Assembly (NCBI RefSeq): GCF_004010195.1
Contig: NC_057750.1
Location: forward strand, 13,585,473-13,649,472
Direction of reading: 5' to 3'
DNA: 64,000 nucleotides
DNA from: Chiloscyllium plagiosum
Lineage: Eukaryota
Shown here: piece after piece, positions 24,656 to 37,125 of the stretch
How positions within the stretch are numbered: position 1 is the first letter of the stretch
Layout: every line of letters starts with the position of its first letter
The notes under the pieces: generated by a model
The model's input: the letters and a program-made list of their open reading frames with translations, nothing else
Told to the model about the DNA's origin: nothing
The model's database searches: none
Made by a program: the position numbers and the translations under genes

Positions 24656-24689
24656 TGTTCTGGGTTCCCCGTCAATGGAAATAATTGAA

Positions 24690-25475
24690 TCATAGTTATA
24701 CAGCATGGAAATAGACCCTTTGGTCTAACCAGTCCATGCTGACCATACTCCCACACTAAACTAGTCCCACCTGCCTGCTCCTGGCTCATGTGCCTCCAAA
24801 CATTTCCTATTCATTTACTTATCTAAAAGTCTTTGAAATGTCATACCCACTTTCTCTGGAAGTTCATTCCGCACACCAACCACGCTCTGGGTAAAAAGGT
24901 TGCCCCTCATGTCTTTTTAAAATTTCTCTCCTCTCACCTTAAAAATATGCCCCTTGTCCCAAAATCCCCCACCCTACAGAAAAGACACCCACCTTATCTA
25001 TAATCCCTCAGGATTTTATAAACCTCTATGAGGTCACCCTTCACTCCAGTGAGAAAACATCCCAGCCTATTCAGCCTCTTGCTATAACTCAAACCTTCCA
25101 TTCCTGACGACATCCTGGTAAGTGGGCAGCACGGTGGCTCAGTGGTTAGCACTGCTGCCTCACAGCGCCAGAGGCCCGGCTTCAATTCCCGCCTCAGGCA
25201 TCTGCCTGTGTGGAGTTTGCACATTCTCCCCGTGTCTGCGTGGGTTTCCTCCGGGTGCTCCGGTTTCCTCCCACAGTCCAAAGATGTACAGGTCAGGGTG
25301 AATTGGCTGTGCTAAATTGCCCGTAGTGTTAGGTGCATTAGTCAGAGGGAAATGGGTCTGGGTGGACTACTCTAGTAGTTGGGCCGAAGGGCCTGTTTCC
25401 ACACTGTAAGTAATCTAATCTTTAAAAAAAAGTAATCTAATCTAAATCTTTTCTGAACTCTCTCCAGTTTAATAA
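24690..25475 (-). mobile_element. CR1 LINE 3' fragment hosting an HE1-like SINE (25124-25444, plus strand)
   Basis: GDLIEVYKIL motif; the SINE splits catcctggtaa/atctttt. Confidence 0.75.
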
Positions 25476-25827
25476 TGTGCTTCAATAACAAATTTCAAAG
25501 AATTATGTGTTCCAGTCAAATCCTTCATCTGCTCTCAAGGGAAACTCACTCATGTGCCTCCCTCTGTTAAAATGTAGGACACAGGAGTAGGCCATGCAGA
25601 TCATAGCACCACATCCCTCCATTTTCCCTTGATATCTTAAACATCTCAAAATCCAACAATCTCTGCCTTGAATATACTCACTGACTGAGCATCCATGGCT
25701 CTCTGGGATAGAGAATTCCAAAGATTCACTCCTCCACCATCCCCCCACCCCCCAATTCTCCAATTCTTAACGCAATGGAATATTTTTGCAGCCTTTCCAA
25801 TGGGAACCTCTGACCATAAAAGGATAT

Positions 25828-25933
25828 AGCAGCAGGAGCTTCTGAGCGAATTCCGACGATGGGATGATCCAACTGTGCATCATGAGTGTGACGTTGACTG
25901 TTTCGCTGCTACAGCGCAGGCACCCTTCAGTAT
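25828..25933 (-). CDS. RASGRP4: RasGRP4-like exon 3 (REM domain)
   Basis: ccag| acceptor, 106 nt, (D)TEGCLRCSSETVNVTLMMHSWIIPSSEFAQKLLL(L). Ends at the U12 donor ATATCCTTT. Confidence 0.92.
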
Positions 25934-27247
25934 CTGGCAAGAGAGGAAGAGTTGGTCAAGTAGAGGTTGGCCAAAATGGTTCCGCAGCACAGAAACAGGC
26001 CATTCAGCCCCATTGATCTCTGAGTTGTACACCAGCCTCTTCCCACGCTTCCTCATCCAGCCCACCTAACCTATCTTCCCCCCACCTCCGTCATTCACCT
26101 GTTTAGCGTCACCTTAAAGGGCACACGCCATTTCATTCTACAAGATGTAGCAGCAGAAGTAGACCATTCAGCCCATTGACTCCGCTCTGCTGTGCGTGGC
26201 TGATGGATAATCTTCAGCTCCACTCCCCACCCTTCTCCTTGATCCCTTCACTGGTGAAAAACCTCTCTACCTCAGCCTTGAATACACTGAAGGACCCAGC
26301 CTCGACAGCCCTCTGTGGGAAAGGATTCCGCAGATTGGAGTAAATAATCCTTTTTCTCTTCGAGGTCAACAGCTCAGCAAGAGACTTTTGCCCCAGTTGG
26401 TCAGCCCATTCCTCTCCCCTACTAGGCGATGTCTAATTGGGGAGAAGAGTTGTCCCTAAGTCATCTGGTGGCCTAGTCCACCCTCCCAGAGCCCACTATC
26501 CCAGACAGTATTCATCTCCCGATCAGTGTTGCTGAGGTATCCAGTCATTACAACCTTGCTGCTCTGTGGGGGCTTGCTGTGCCCAAATCGGCCCCACGTT
26601 AACCTTGGCCAAAATCGCGCGGGTGCTGGAAATGGCAGCTCAAGTTATCTGGCCTCTGAGGAGAGAGACAAAGAGAACGAGCCTCTTGTGACTATGTCCT
26701 TTCACTGGAACTGGCAAAACCGTGAAGGGTTTGATAAAGAGCAACTCGCCCAGTCGCCCCCACCGAAACTGCTGAGGCCCAGAACCCTTTCAATCTAACA
26801 CTCTCCCAACCACCCTGAGAGGAAGGCACGAGCAGGTTTAGTGTTAAATATTGGCTAAATATTTACATTTGTCGGTTTTCAGGAAGGGGGGGGGGGAAGA
26901 AACTCCAGGGGGAAGTGGGAGCAGGTGGAAGGAGGGAGTGAAAACATTGTGGGCCCTTGGTTCTCTGATTCTTTACAGAAGACTGAAGGGGGTGGGGGGG
27001 GGGAGGGGTGGCGGAGGGGTGGGTTGACTCCATTGCTTCACCATTGTTAGGAGCGAACTCAGCAGCGCCCTGTTTGTCAGAATGTCAATCTCTCAGGAAA
27101 CGCACGTCTGTTAGCCGTCGTTACTGAAGGACGTTCCTGGAAATCTCCAACATCTCAGGCTGAAGTAACCTTGGCTGATCGGTGCATTCGCTACAAACAC
27201 ACCAAGGCTCTGTTTGAGTGATCAGGACCCAGGTCATAGAGACACCA

Positions 27248-27667
27248 GCCTCATTCCTGAAGAAGGGCTTATGCCCGGAACGTCGATTCTCCTGCTCCTC
27301 GGATGCTGCCTGGCCTGCTGTGTTTTAGATTAGATTAGATTACATTACAGTGTGGAAACAGGCCCTTCGGCCCAACAAGTCCACACCGACCCGCCGAAGC
27401 GAAACCCACCCATACCCCTACATTTACCCCTTACCTAACACTACGGGCAATTTAGCATGGCCAATTCACCTGGCCCTGCACATCTTTGGACTGTGGGAGG
27501 AAACCGGAGCACCCGGAGGAAACCCACGCAGACACGGGGAGAATGTGCAGACTCCACACAGTCAGTCGCCTGAGGCGGGAATTGAACCCGGGTCTCTGGC
27601 GCTGTGAGGCAGCAGTGCTAACCACTGTGCCACCGTGCCGTGTTCTTCCAGCACCACATTTTTCAAC
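27248..27667 (+). mobile_element. Family A Penelope-derived element interrupted by an HE1-like SINE
   Basis: cattcctgaagaagggcttatgcccggaacgtcg...gctgtgtt[SINE]tgttcttccagcaccacatt. Confidence 0.7.
27325..27640 (-). mobile_element. HE1-like SINE, full-length young copy
   Basis: Intact A/B boxes and (tctaa)n tail; near-identical to 47463-47665. Confidence 0.85.
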
Positions 27668-28299
27668 TTATTGCCCTGCCCCTAGTTGCCCCTTGAGAAG
27701 GTGGGGGTGAGCTGCCTTCTTGAACCGCTGCAGTCCATGTGCTGTGGCTTGACCCACAATGCCCTGAGGGAGGGAACTTTGACCCAGCGACACTGAAGGA
27801 ACACTGATTTCCAACTCAGGGCGGAGAGTGGGTGATATACCAGTGGTACATCCTTGATCAATGGGTATAACTGTAGCAAAAGGGAGATCAATTGACTGAG
27901 GGTGTTCGATGAAGTTCCCAAAACTGACTTCAATCCAACTCTCCAACCCGAGTCCCACTGAAACCTGACGTGGGTGGTGACCAGGTTGGAGGGTTGGATT
28001 GAAGTCAGCTTTGGGGATTGACAGGAACAGGGACCTGGTATTTTCTGTCAATGACAAAATCATGAGGTAGCTGCTTACACAAACCACGCGCTTCCAGACA
28101 GTCTCTCAGCAACCTCTCTACCTATAGACAATCCCACAATGGAACAAGCTGCTCAAGAAAATAATCCCAGCCCCCATCACTTGAAATCTTCAGGCCCCAT
28201 CGTTGGACTGCTCCCCTTTATAATTTCACATCATCGGGACAGCCAATCTCAGCAGGGGCACGTTTGGCTTAGCCTGTGAACGATGAGAAAAACAATTTT

Positions 28300-28617
28300 G
28301 CGACACGGTGGCTCAGTGATTAGCACTACTGCCTCACAGCACCAGGGTCCCACGTTCGATTCCAGCCTCGGGCGACTGTCTGTGTGGAGTTTGTACAATC
28401 TCCCTGTGTCTGCGTGGGTTTCCTCCGGGTGCTCCGATTTCCTCCCACAGTCCAAAGACGTGCAGGTCAGGTGAATTGGCCATGTTAAATCGCCCATAGT
28501 GTTAGGTGCATTAGTCAGAGGGAACTGGGTCTGGGTGGGTTACTTTTCGGAGGGTCAGTGTGGACTGGTTGGGCCGAAGGGCCTGTTTCCACACTGTAGG
28601 GAATCTAATCTAATCTA
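28300..28617 (+). mobile_element. HE1-like SINE
   Basis: A/B boxes, central domain, (tctaa)n tail. Confidence 0.85.
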
Positions 28618-29177
28618 AAACCTAATGAGGAGCTGAAACTACATGGAAAAGGGCTAAAAGAAAGATCGAGTTTAAGGAGTGAGCGAATGTGGTCAACAAA
28701 GCCACGGCTGAGGGTTCCTGAAGGAGAGTTGACCTCTCCACCTCCTGATGCTGCCCGGCCTGCTGTGTTCTTCCAGCCTCCTGCCTGTCCACCTCTAGTT
28801 CCAGCACCTGCAGTTACCTCAGTCTCTAGCCATGGATCGGCAGCAGCAGAGGAGCTGAGGCAGGGGGAGAAGGTGGACAACGTTATAAGTTGGGCCCGGC
28901 AATTGGAGATTGTGCAGGAAGCTCAGTCCCACAAATGGCTGAGGGAGCTAGGCAGCTCAGTCGTGCTGCCAGGGATGCACTGAGCTAGGCCGAGAGGTAA
29001 ACACATACGAGGGAGAGGAATAGGAGTCACCTCCAACATCCACCTTAGGCCCTACTAGAGGCCACAAGGCAGATTTAGACCCATTTGCAGGTCACAGAGG
29101 GAGAAAGAGAGGGAGAAAGGAGGAGAAAGAGCATTGATTAGATGGAATAAAAAGGAGTAATCTCCATAAACCTCTTA

Positions 29178-30140
29178 GGGTCATAGAGTCATACAGCACG
29201 GAAACAGGCCATTCAGTCTGACTCATCTGTGCTGACCTGATCTAGCTCCCAATCTGACCTAGTCCCACCTGCCAGCACTTGACCCACATCCCTCTGAACT
29301 CTTCCCATTCAAATACCAATCCAGATGCCTTTTAAATGTTGTAATTGTACCAGCCTCCACCACTTTCTCTGGCAGCTCATTCCACACACGGACCACCCTC
29401 TGGGTGAAAAAGTTCCCCTTCAGATCCTTTTTAAATCTTTCCCCTCTCACCTTAAATCTGTGTTCTCTAGATCTGTACTCCCCGACCCCAGGGAAAAGAC
29501 TTTGTCTATTTACCCTATCCATGCCCCTCATAATTTTGTAAACCTCTATAAGGTCACCCCTCAGCCTCTTAGACTCCAGGGAATACAGCCTCAGCCTGTT
29601 CAGCCTCTCCCTGCAGCTCAAACCCTTCAATCCTGGCAACACCCTCGTAAAGTTTTACTACACCGTTTCAAGTTACAAACATCTCTCCGATAGAAAGGAG
29701 ACCAGAATTGCACACAATATTCCAAAAGTGGCCTGACTAATGTCCTGTACATGTCTGCAACATGACCTCCCAACTCCTGTACTCAATGCACTGACCAATA
29801 AAGGCAAGCATACCAAACACCTCCTTCACCACCCTGTCTACCTGAGACTCCACTTCCAAGGAACTGAACCTGCACTCCAAGGTCTCTTTGTTCCGCAACA
29901 CTTCCCAGGACCTTACCATTAAGTACATAAATCCTGCCCTGGTTTGCCTTTCCAAAATGTAACACCTCACATTTATCTAAATTTAACTCCATCTGCCTCT
30001 CCTGGGCCCTTTTGATTAAGGTCCCACTGTACCATGAGATAACCTTCTTTACTGTCTCTACACTACCTTATTGTGGTGTCATCTATAAACCTCCTAACCA
30101 TACCTCTTATATTTGTATAAATGATGAAAAGCAGTGGACC
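29178..30140 (-). mobile_element. CR1 LINE 3' fragment
   Basis: ELNLDKCEVLHFGKAN...RLRGDLIEVYKIMRGMDRVN...NFFTQRVVRVWNELP. Confidence 0.88.
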
Positions 30141-30229
30141 TCTTGCAATGCAACAGAGACTTGCAATCTGAAGAGCTGGTCCTTCAGTAAACCCAATAAA
30201 ATCTCGACTTCTTCATTCTTCTGCAGCTA

Positions 30230-30520
30230 CTGACAAGGCCAGGATTCGTTACCCCTCCGTAACTGCCCTCAAACTGGCTTGTTCAGAGGGCAGCTACGAG
30301 TCAGCCGCAGCGCTGTGGGTCTGGAGTCACGTGTAGGCCAGGCCGGGGTAAGGATGGCAGAATACACTCCCTGATGGGCATTAGTGAACCACATGGGGGT
30401 TCAACAACAAAAGAATGATAGTTTTGGGATCATCACTAATAAGACTAGCCTTCCGATTCCAGATTTATGAATTGAATTTCAAATTACAACCACAGCCAAG
30501 GTGGGATTTGAATGCTTGTC
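30230..30520 (-). mobile_element. Second SINE family sharing its 3' tail with the Zenon-like LINE (also near 5270-5470, 10070-10320, 10710-10850, 12440-12700, 20200-20420, 53300-53790)
   Basis: Recurring ctgccatccttacc..gctggcctacacgtgactccagacccacagc core. Confidence 0.6.
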
Positions 30521-30621
30521 ACCTGAATGTGTCTCTCTTCATATTACCTTCTAGTCTCACCTCCCCATTGTAAGCTTCTGCCAAGGCATCAGCAACAACT
30601 TGACTGAGAAAAATGATCTTA

Positions 30622-30903
30622 GGAGGCACGGTGGCTCAGTGGTTAGCACTGCTGCCTCACAGCGCCAGGGTCCTGGGTTCGATTCCTGCCTCGGGCGACT
30701 GTCTGTGTGGAGTTTACACAATCTCCCCGTGTCTGTGCGGGTTTCCTCCCACAGTCCAAAGATGTGCGGGTCGGGTGAGTTAGCCATGCTAAATTACCCC
30801 ATAGAGATGCATTAGTGAGGGGGAATGGGTCTGGGTGGGTAACCCTTCAGAGGGTCAGTGTGGACTTGTTGGGCTGAAGGGCCTGTTCCCATAGGGAATC
30901 TAA
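30622..30903 (+). mobile_element. HE1-like SINE
   Basis: A/B boxes and central domain. Confidence 0.8.
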
Positions 30904-31561
30904 ATTAAGGTGTTCTAAAATACAAGAAAGAGAAAGCTAATGTTGGTTTATTTTGCTAAAATGATGCCACTTGGAAAATGGGTCACTAAAAGAAATGAGT
31001 TAATTTGAAACCATGCCTTCCACACTGATCCTCAACAAAACATTCGTTGTTACGTATCAGACAATGGATTGCATATGAAAATAAAACTCCAGTGATCTTG
31101 GGAAATAACCCAGGGTTTGAAAGTCCTGAGAAAATGCACAATCCTCACGAGAAACTGACTCAAACTGCAAACGTCCGCCAGCTCTGTTAACCCACTGTCA
31201 CTGCAGAACACCAAGATTGACCGTATGCACCTCTCTGTTACCTGAGCTGTTACAGCCTTGCAGGGCCTAGCTCCATTGGCGAATGGGAAACTGAAGGACC
31301 TCTACACTGCAGCCTTTCAACTTTATACAACCCTGCAGCCTCTGGTCCCAGTCTGCAAGAATGCTAATTTGTAAAGTGTGCCCAGTAGCGGACCAGTTTA
31401 AAAGCTTCTGTTAAAAATTGGTCATACATGAAAGCTTTGAGCTGCATTCTCACTGTAAATGTAATCCACTGCTTTTCTCTCCCCCCTCTCCAGGTAGCCA
31501 CAGCTCTGACACATAGATCCAGCTCCATTTCTGAGCAATGCACAATTATGTTTTACAACCT

Positions 31562-33200
31562 CATACACACACACACATGTATACTCACATGTATACTCAC
31601 ATGTATACATACACGCATAAATACTCATGTGTATACATACACACACATGTATACTCATGTATACATACACACACGTATACTCACATGCGTACATACACAC
31701 ATGTATACTCACATGTATACATACACACATGTATACTCACATGTATACATACACACACATGTATATGCACACGTATACATACCCACACATGTATACACAC
31801 ACATATACATACACACATGTATACTCATGTGTATACATACACACACATGTATACTCACATGTATACATACACACATAAATACTCATGTGTATACAAACAC
31901 ACATGTATACTCACATGTATACATACACACATGTATACTCACGTGTACACATACACATGTATACACACATGTATACATACACACATGTATACTCGTGTAT
32001 ACATACACACACATGTATACTCACATGTATACATACACACATAAATACTCATGTGTACACATACACACGCATGTATACTCATACGTATACATACACACAT
32101 GTATACTCATGTGTATACATACACACATGTGTATACTCACATGTATACACACACATAAATACTCATGTGTATACATACACACACATGTATACTGACATGT
32201 ATACATGCACACATAAATACTCATATGTATACATACACACGCATGTATACTCATGTATACATACACACATAAATACTCGTGTATACATACACATGCATGT
32301 ATACTCACATGTATACATACACACATAAATACTCATGTGTATACATGCACACATAAATACTCATGTGTATACATACACACACATGTATACTCACATGTAT
32401 ACATACACACATATATCCTCATGTGTATACATACACACATGTATACTCACATGTATACATGCTCACATAAATACTCATGTGTATACATACGCACATAAAT
32501 ACTCGTGTATACATACACACACATGTATACTCACATGAATACATACAACGCATGTATACTCATATGTATACATACACACATAAATACTCACATGCATACA
32601 TACACACATAAATACTCACATGCATACATACACACATAAATATTCATGTGTACACATACACACACATGTATACTCACATGTATACGTACACACTCAAGTA
32701 TATACATACACACACACATATATACTCATGTATATGCACACACATATATACACTCAGCCTCATACACACAAACCTAAAACTCATGTATATACATACACCC
32801 AGCCTCGTACACGTGCACACGCGCATATACATACATGTCATACATACATGTATACAGACAATTTCATATACACACACATATAACACATACACACATACTC
32901 ACAAACACGTACATATGCTCACAGACACACGCTCACATACACAAGCACAGATACACACACACACACAGATACACACACAGACGCACACAGACACACACAG
33001 AGACAGGCACATACACAAATATAGATACACACACAGACGGATACATGCACACAGACACACACAGTGACAGACACATACACACAGACACACACAGAGATAC
33101 ACACAGAGACACATACATGCACACAGACATACATACACACAGAGACAGACACAGAAACACACACACACGTAGACAGACACACACTGACACACACACACAC
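31562..33200. repeat. Degenerate (CA/TA)n compound microsatellite, ~1.6 kb
   Basis: catgtatactcacatgtatacatacacac-type units grading into (CA)n/(CAGA)n. Confidence 0.95.
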
Positions 33201-33260
33201 TCCCACCCACAAAACTGATCTCTCTTTAAGATCAGCCTCTGAAAGAGGTCTCTTACTTAC

Positions 33261-33442
33261 CAAAGGACTGGACACATTTCAGAATGAGTTCGTCCAGGCT
33301 GAGAGCCTTGCTGAGCTGAGGCATGGACATGATGGCCTTCGCCTTGCTGATCTCGGCTGGACTGGGGCAGGTCATTCTTCGCCTGCACTGCCTCTGGATG
33401 GCCTTGCTGCCCTGGGAGCTCTGATACTCATGGCGAGACTTC
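33261..33442 (-). CDS. RASGRP4: RasGRP4-like Ras GEF, coding exon 2 (N-terminus, start of REM domain)
   Basis: tgcag|...|gtaagt, 182 nt, phase 2 to 1. Encodes [60 protein letters not shown], resembling the TCPSPREISK...DELLEKCIQSFD segment of RASGRP4 as recalled. Not in the ORF track. Confidence 0.9.
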
Positions 33443-34052
33443 CTGCAACAGAGAACGGTGGGGGAGGGAGAAGGTTATAACAGCCGGCAGCACCTAGGCC
33501 TGTCAATGGGGCGAGACAGGGAAAGCAGGAGAGGGAGATCTCAGCTGTGACTTGTTTGAGAGGCCGTGTGAAGTGCGTCAGTAAGCAAGCAGATAAAAAG
33601 GGAGTCAACTCCCTACAATACAAGATACCGTTCCACTGAAGTTCACCAGCTTTGTATCGTACTGGGCAACTGTGTTTGCAGATTCAGGTTACAGTTCCTG
33701 AGCATATGTCACGTTCCCATAAAAACAAAACTCACATTTCTCTGTTTCTAATGCAGTAAAAATAACCCAACGCGTCCAACAGCCTGATGGGATACCAACG
33801 AGCTTTAAAACTGACTGACTAAACTCTGCAATGGATTGGGATCAAGGAGATATAGATTCTGATTCTGCATGGTCATTGGATATGCATACGGACGAGGATG
33901 GAATAGTGTGGTTAGATGGGCTTCAGATTGGTGCCACAGGTCGGCGCAACATCGAGGGCCGAAGGGCCTGTACTGTGCAGGAATGTTCTATGTTCTTGGC
34001 AAAACACAATGGGACAACGGCCTGACATTTGGATCCTGTTTTTTTTATTAAT

Positions 34053-34376
34053 CATAGAATCCCTACAGTGTGGAAACAGGCCATTTGGCCCAACAAGTCC
34101 ACACTGACCCTCCAAACAGTATCCCACCCAGACATGTTCCCCTACCCTATTACTCTACATTTACCCCTGACTAATGCACCTAACCTACATATCCTTGGAC
34201 ACTATGGGCAATGTAGCATAACCAATCCACCCTAAGCTGCACATCTTTGGACTGTGGGAGGAAACTGGAGCACCCGGAGGAATCCCACGCAGACACAGGG
34301 AGAACGTGCAAACTCCACACAGACGGTCACCCGAGGGTGGAATCGAACCCGGGTCCCTGGTGCTGTGAGGCAGCAC
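34053..34376 (-). mobile_element. HE1-like SINE
   Basis: Reverse complement of the family consensus seen in the window. Confidence 0.8.
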
Positions 34377-35942
34377 GTTGATTGGTTAAGTGATAAAGAG
34401 AGGTTGGACAAACTTGGATTGTTTTCACTAGAGCGTCAGAGGCTGAGTGGGTGACTTGATGTAAAATTCCGAGAGGCGTGGATAGTCTCTCCCAGAGTGA
34501 ACATGTCATGTTCTAGCTGGCATAGGTTAAAAGGGTGAGGAGGGGGGGCGCAGTTTAAAAGGAGGTGTGCGAGGTTTACAAGGGGCCGGGAGGTGGTCTG
34601 GAACGCGCAGCTGGGGGAGGTGATAGAAGCAGAGACAAGGCAATATTGAACAGGCCTTTAGACAGAAACATGAACAGGCAGGGAATAGAGGGATACGGAC
34701 CATGTGCAGGCAGGTGGGATGAGTTTAGAATGGCATCATGGTCAGCACAGACATGATGGGCTGAAGGGCCTGTTCCTGTGCTGTTCTGGCCAGCACTTCC
34801 CTTAAACAGTTCCGTATGCACGAGGCAGCAGTCAGAGCGCCCCCGGCACTGCAGCACTCCCTCGGTTCAGCACCGGGGCAACAACCAACCTATTCTCCAC
34901 CCAAGCCCCTCGGGCTCAAATCTATGACCTTCTGACGCAGGGTGGACTGATATCTGATTCATCCAGACTGCAGTTTACGGGAGCACGTCACACAGCCCTT
35001 CGCTGAGATTTGGGAATGTCAGATATTTACTTATTTTTCGGAGTCTGTTTTGTCTCTAATGATGCTTGGGTATGTTCCCGGAGAGCTGCCACCAATCCTG
35101 GTCCGGTAGAATCCCAACAGCATGAGAGCAGGCCACTCAGCCCATTGAGTCTACGCCACTCCTCTGAACAGGACCCCATTCACACCCACCTATCCCTGTA
35201 ACCCTGCATTCCCCATGGCCAATCCATCTTTGGACTGTGGGAGGAAACCCACGCAGACACGGAGAGAATGTACAAGCTCCACACAGACAGTCGCCCGAGA
35301 CTGGAATCGAACCTGGGACCCTGGCGCATTGAGGCAGCAGTGCTAACCACTGAGCCAATGTGCTACTCAAGCGTTACTACTGAGGCTTTCAACTGGGTTG
35401 CCATAAAAGATGACCAATGAAACAATCTCTAAAGAAGCTCTAATCTTCGTTGACAAGGTAACATTTATTACAACTTAGTAACTGTATGTAATATTTACAC
35501 CACACAAGTTCCAGGCTATGATCTCCCTACTAAGAGACTATCTAAATTATTGCCCCATTGAATCCCCACTATCATCATGCTGGGGGTTACCAGTGACCAG
35601 AAAACTCAACTGGACTCACCATGGAAACACAATGGCTACAAGAACAGGTCAGAGGCCGGGAGCGAGTAACTCCCCTCCTGACTCCCCCCAAGCCTGTCCA
35701 CCATCAACCAGGCACAAGTCAGGAGTGTGAGGGAATACTCCCCACTTGCCCCTGGATGGGGGCAGCTCCAACAACACTCAAGGAGCTCGACACCATCCAG
35801 GACAAAGCAGCCCCCCGCTTGGTTGGTACCACACCCACAAACGTCCCCTCCCTCCACCACTCAGCAGCAGCAGGGTGTACCATCGGCAAGATGCGCTGCA
35901 GAAATTCATCAAAGATCCTCAGACAGCACCTTCCAAACCCAA

Positions 35943-36123
35943 TAAAAATCAGAAGAACAGCAGATGCTGTCAATCAGAAACAAAAACAGAAACTGCTGGA
36001 ATAGCTCAGCAGATCGGGAGAGAAATCAGAGTTAATATTTCAGGTCAAATGACTGAGGAAGGGTCACAGGACCCGAAATGTGAACTCTGATTTCTCTCCA
36101 CAGATGCTGCCAGACCTGCTGAG
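35943..36123. mobile_element. Family B Penelope-derived inverted pair
   Basis: TSD cttccaaacccaa (35930-35942 / 36124-36136); core CTGAGGA-A-GGGTC acag GACCC-GAAA. Confidence 0.65.
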
Positions 36124-36139
36124 CTTCCAAACCCAAGAT

Positions 36140-36365
36140 TGAAACTTTATTGCTGGAACAGCACAGCAGGTCAGGCAGCATCCAGGGAACAGGAGATTCG
36201 ACGTTTCGGGCACAGGCCCTTCTTCAGGAATGTCATTCCTGAAGAAGGGCCTGTGCCCGAAACGTCGAATCTCCTGTTCCCTGGATGCTGCCTGACCTGC
36301 TGTGCTGTTCCAGCAATAAAGTTTCAACTTTGATCTCCAGCATCTGCAGACCTCACTTTCTCCTC
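36140..36365. mobile_element. Family A Penelope-derived palindromic insertion
   Basis: Perfect 94-bp inverted repeat (36139-36232 / 36234-36327) with 1-nt spacer; TSD tccaaacccaagat (36126-36139 / 36364-36377). Confidence 0.8.
36235..36270 (+). ncRNA. Minimal hammerhead ribozyme motif (mirror copy on the minus strand at 36231-36196)
   Basis: attc-CTGAAGA-A-GGGC ctgt GCCC-GAAA-C-GTC-gaat; predicted cleavage after 36266. Confidence 0.7.
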
Positions 36366-36660
36366 CAAACCCAAGATCACTGGCATCTAGAAGGACACGG
36401 GCAGCAGATATTTGGGAACACCATCACCTTCAAGTTCCCCTCCAAACCATCCTGACTTGGAAATATATCGCCATTCCTTCAGGGTCGCTGGGTCAGAATC
36501 CTGGGATTCCCTCCCTCAGGGCATTGTGGGTCTACCCACAGCACACGGACTGCAGCGGTTCAAGGAGGCAGCTCACCCCCACCTTCTCCAGGGGCAACTG
36601 GGATGGGCAATAAATGTGGGTCTAGCTAGTCATGACTAAGTGCCTGTATTAAAATAAATG

Positions 36661-37125
36661 GGGCGGCACGGTGGTTAGCACTGCTGCCTCATGGTGCTAG
36701 GGTCCTGGGTTCGATTCCACCCTCGGGTGACTGTGTGGAGTTTGCACATTTTCCCCGTGTCTGCATGGGCTTCCTCTGGGTGCTTTAGTTTCTTCCCACA
36801 ATCCAAAACTGTGCAGGTTAGGGTGGATTGGCCATGGGAAATTACCCATAGTGTGCAGGAATGTGTAGGTTAGGGTGGATTGGCTGTGGGAAATTACCCA
36901 TAGTGTGCAGGAATGTGTAGGTTAGGGTGGATTGGCTATGGGAAATTACGCATAGTGTGCAGGAATGTGTAGGTTAGGGTGGATTGGCCATACTAACTTA
37001 TCCATAGTGTGCAGGTTAGGGTGGATTGGCCATGGGTTATGCAGGCTAGGGGGATGGGTCTGGGTGGGATGCCCTTTGCTGGATCAGCAAGGACCAGTTG
37101 GACTAAATGGCCTGTTGGTCTCAAT
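36661..37125 (+). mobile_element. HE1-like SINE with an internal 52-bp tandem amplification
   Basis: gggcggcacgg head; unit starts at 36816, 36868, 36920, 36972. Confidence 0.8.

Larger units (their letters stand above)
19734..25827 (-). other. U12-type (minor spliceosome) AT-AC intron
   Basis: 5' site ATATCCTTT (25827-25819), branch site TCCTTAAC (19751-19744), 10-nt spacer ending in AC. Reading frame is preserved across the junction. Confidence 0.93.
35570..36630 (+). mobile_element. Second LINE family (CR1/L2 group, Zenon-like) 3' fragment
   Basis: WMGAAPTTLKELDTIQDKAA RT C-terminus; related copies at 39650-40260, 46470-46950 and 56275-56830. Confidence 0.7.

Noticed and set aside
31422..33275. 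Many His/Thr/Tyr- or Val/Cys-rich ORFs
   Set aside because: Translations of a CA/TA microsatellite.
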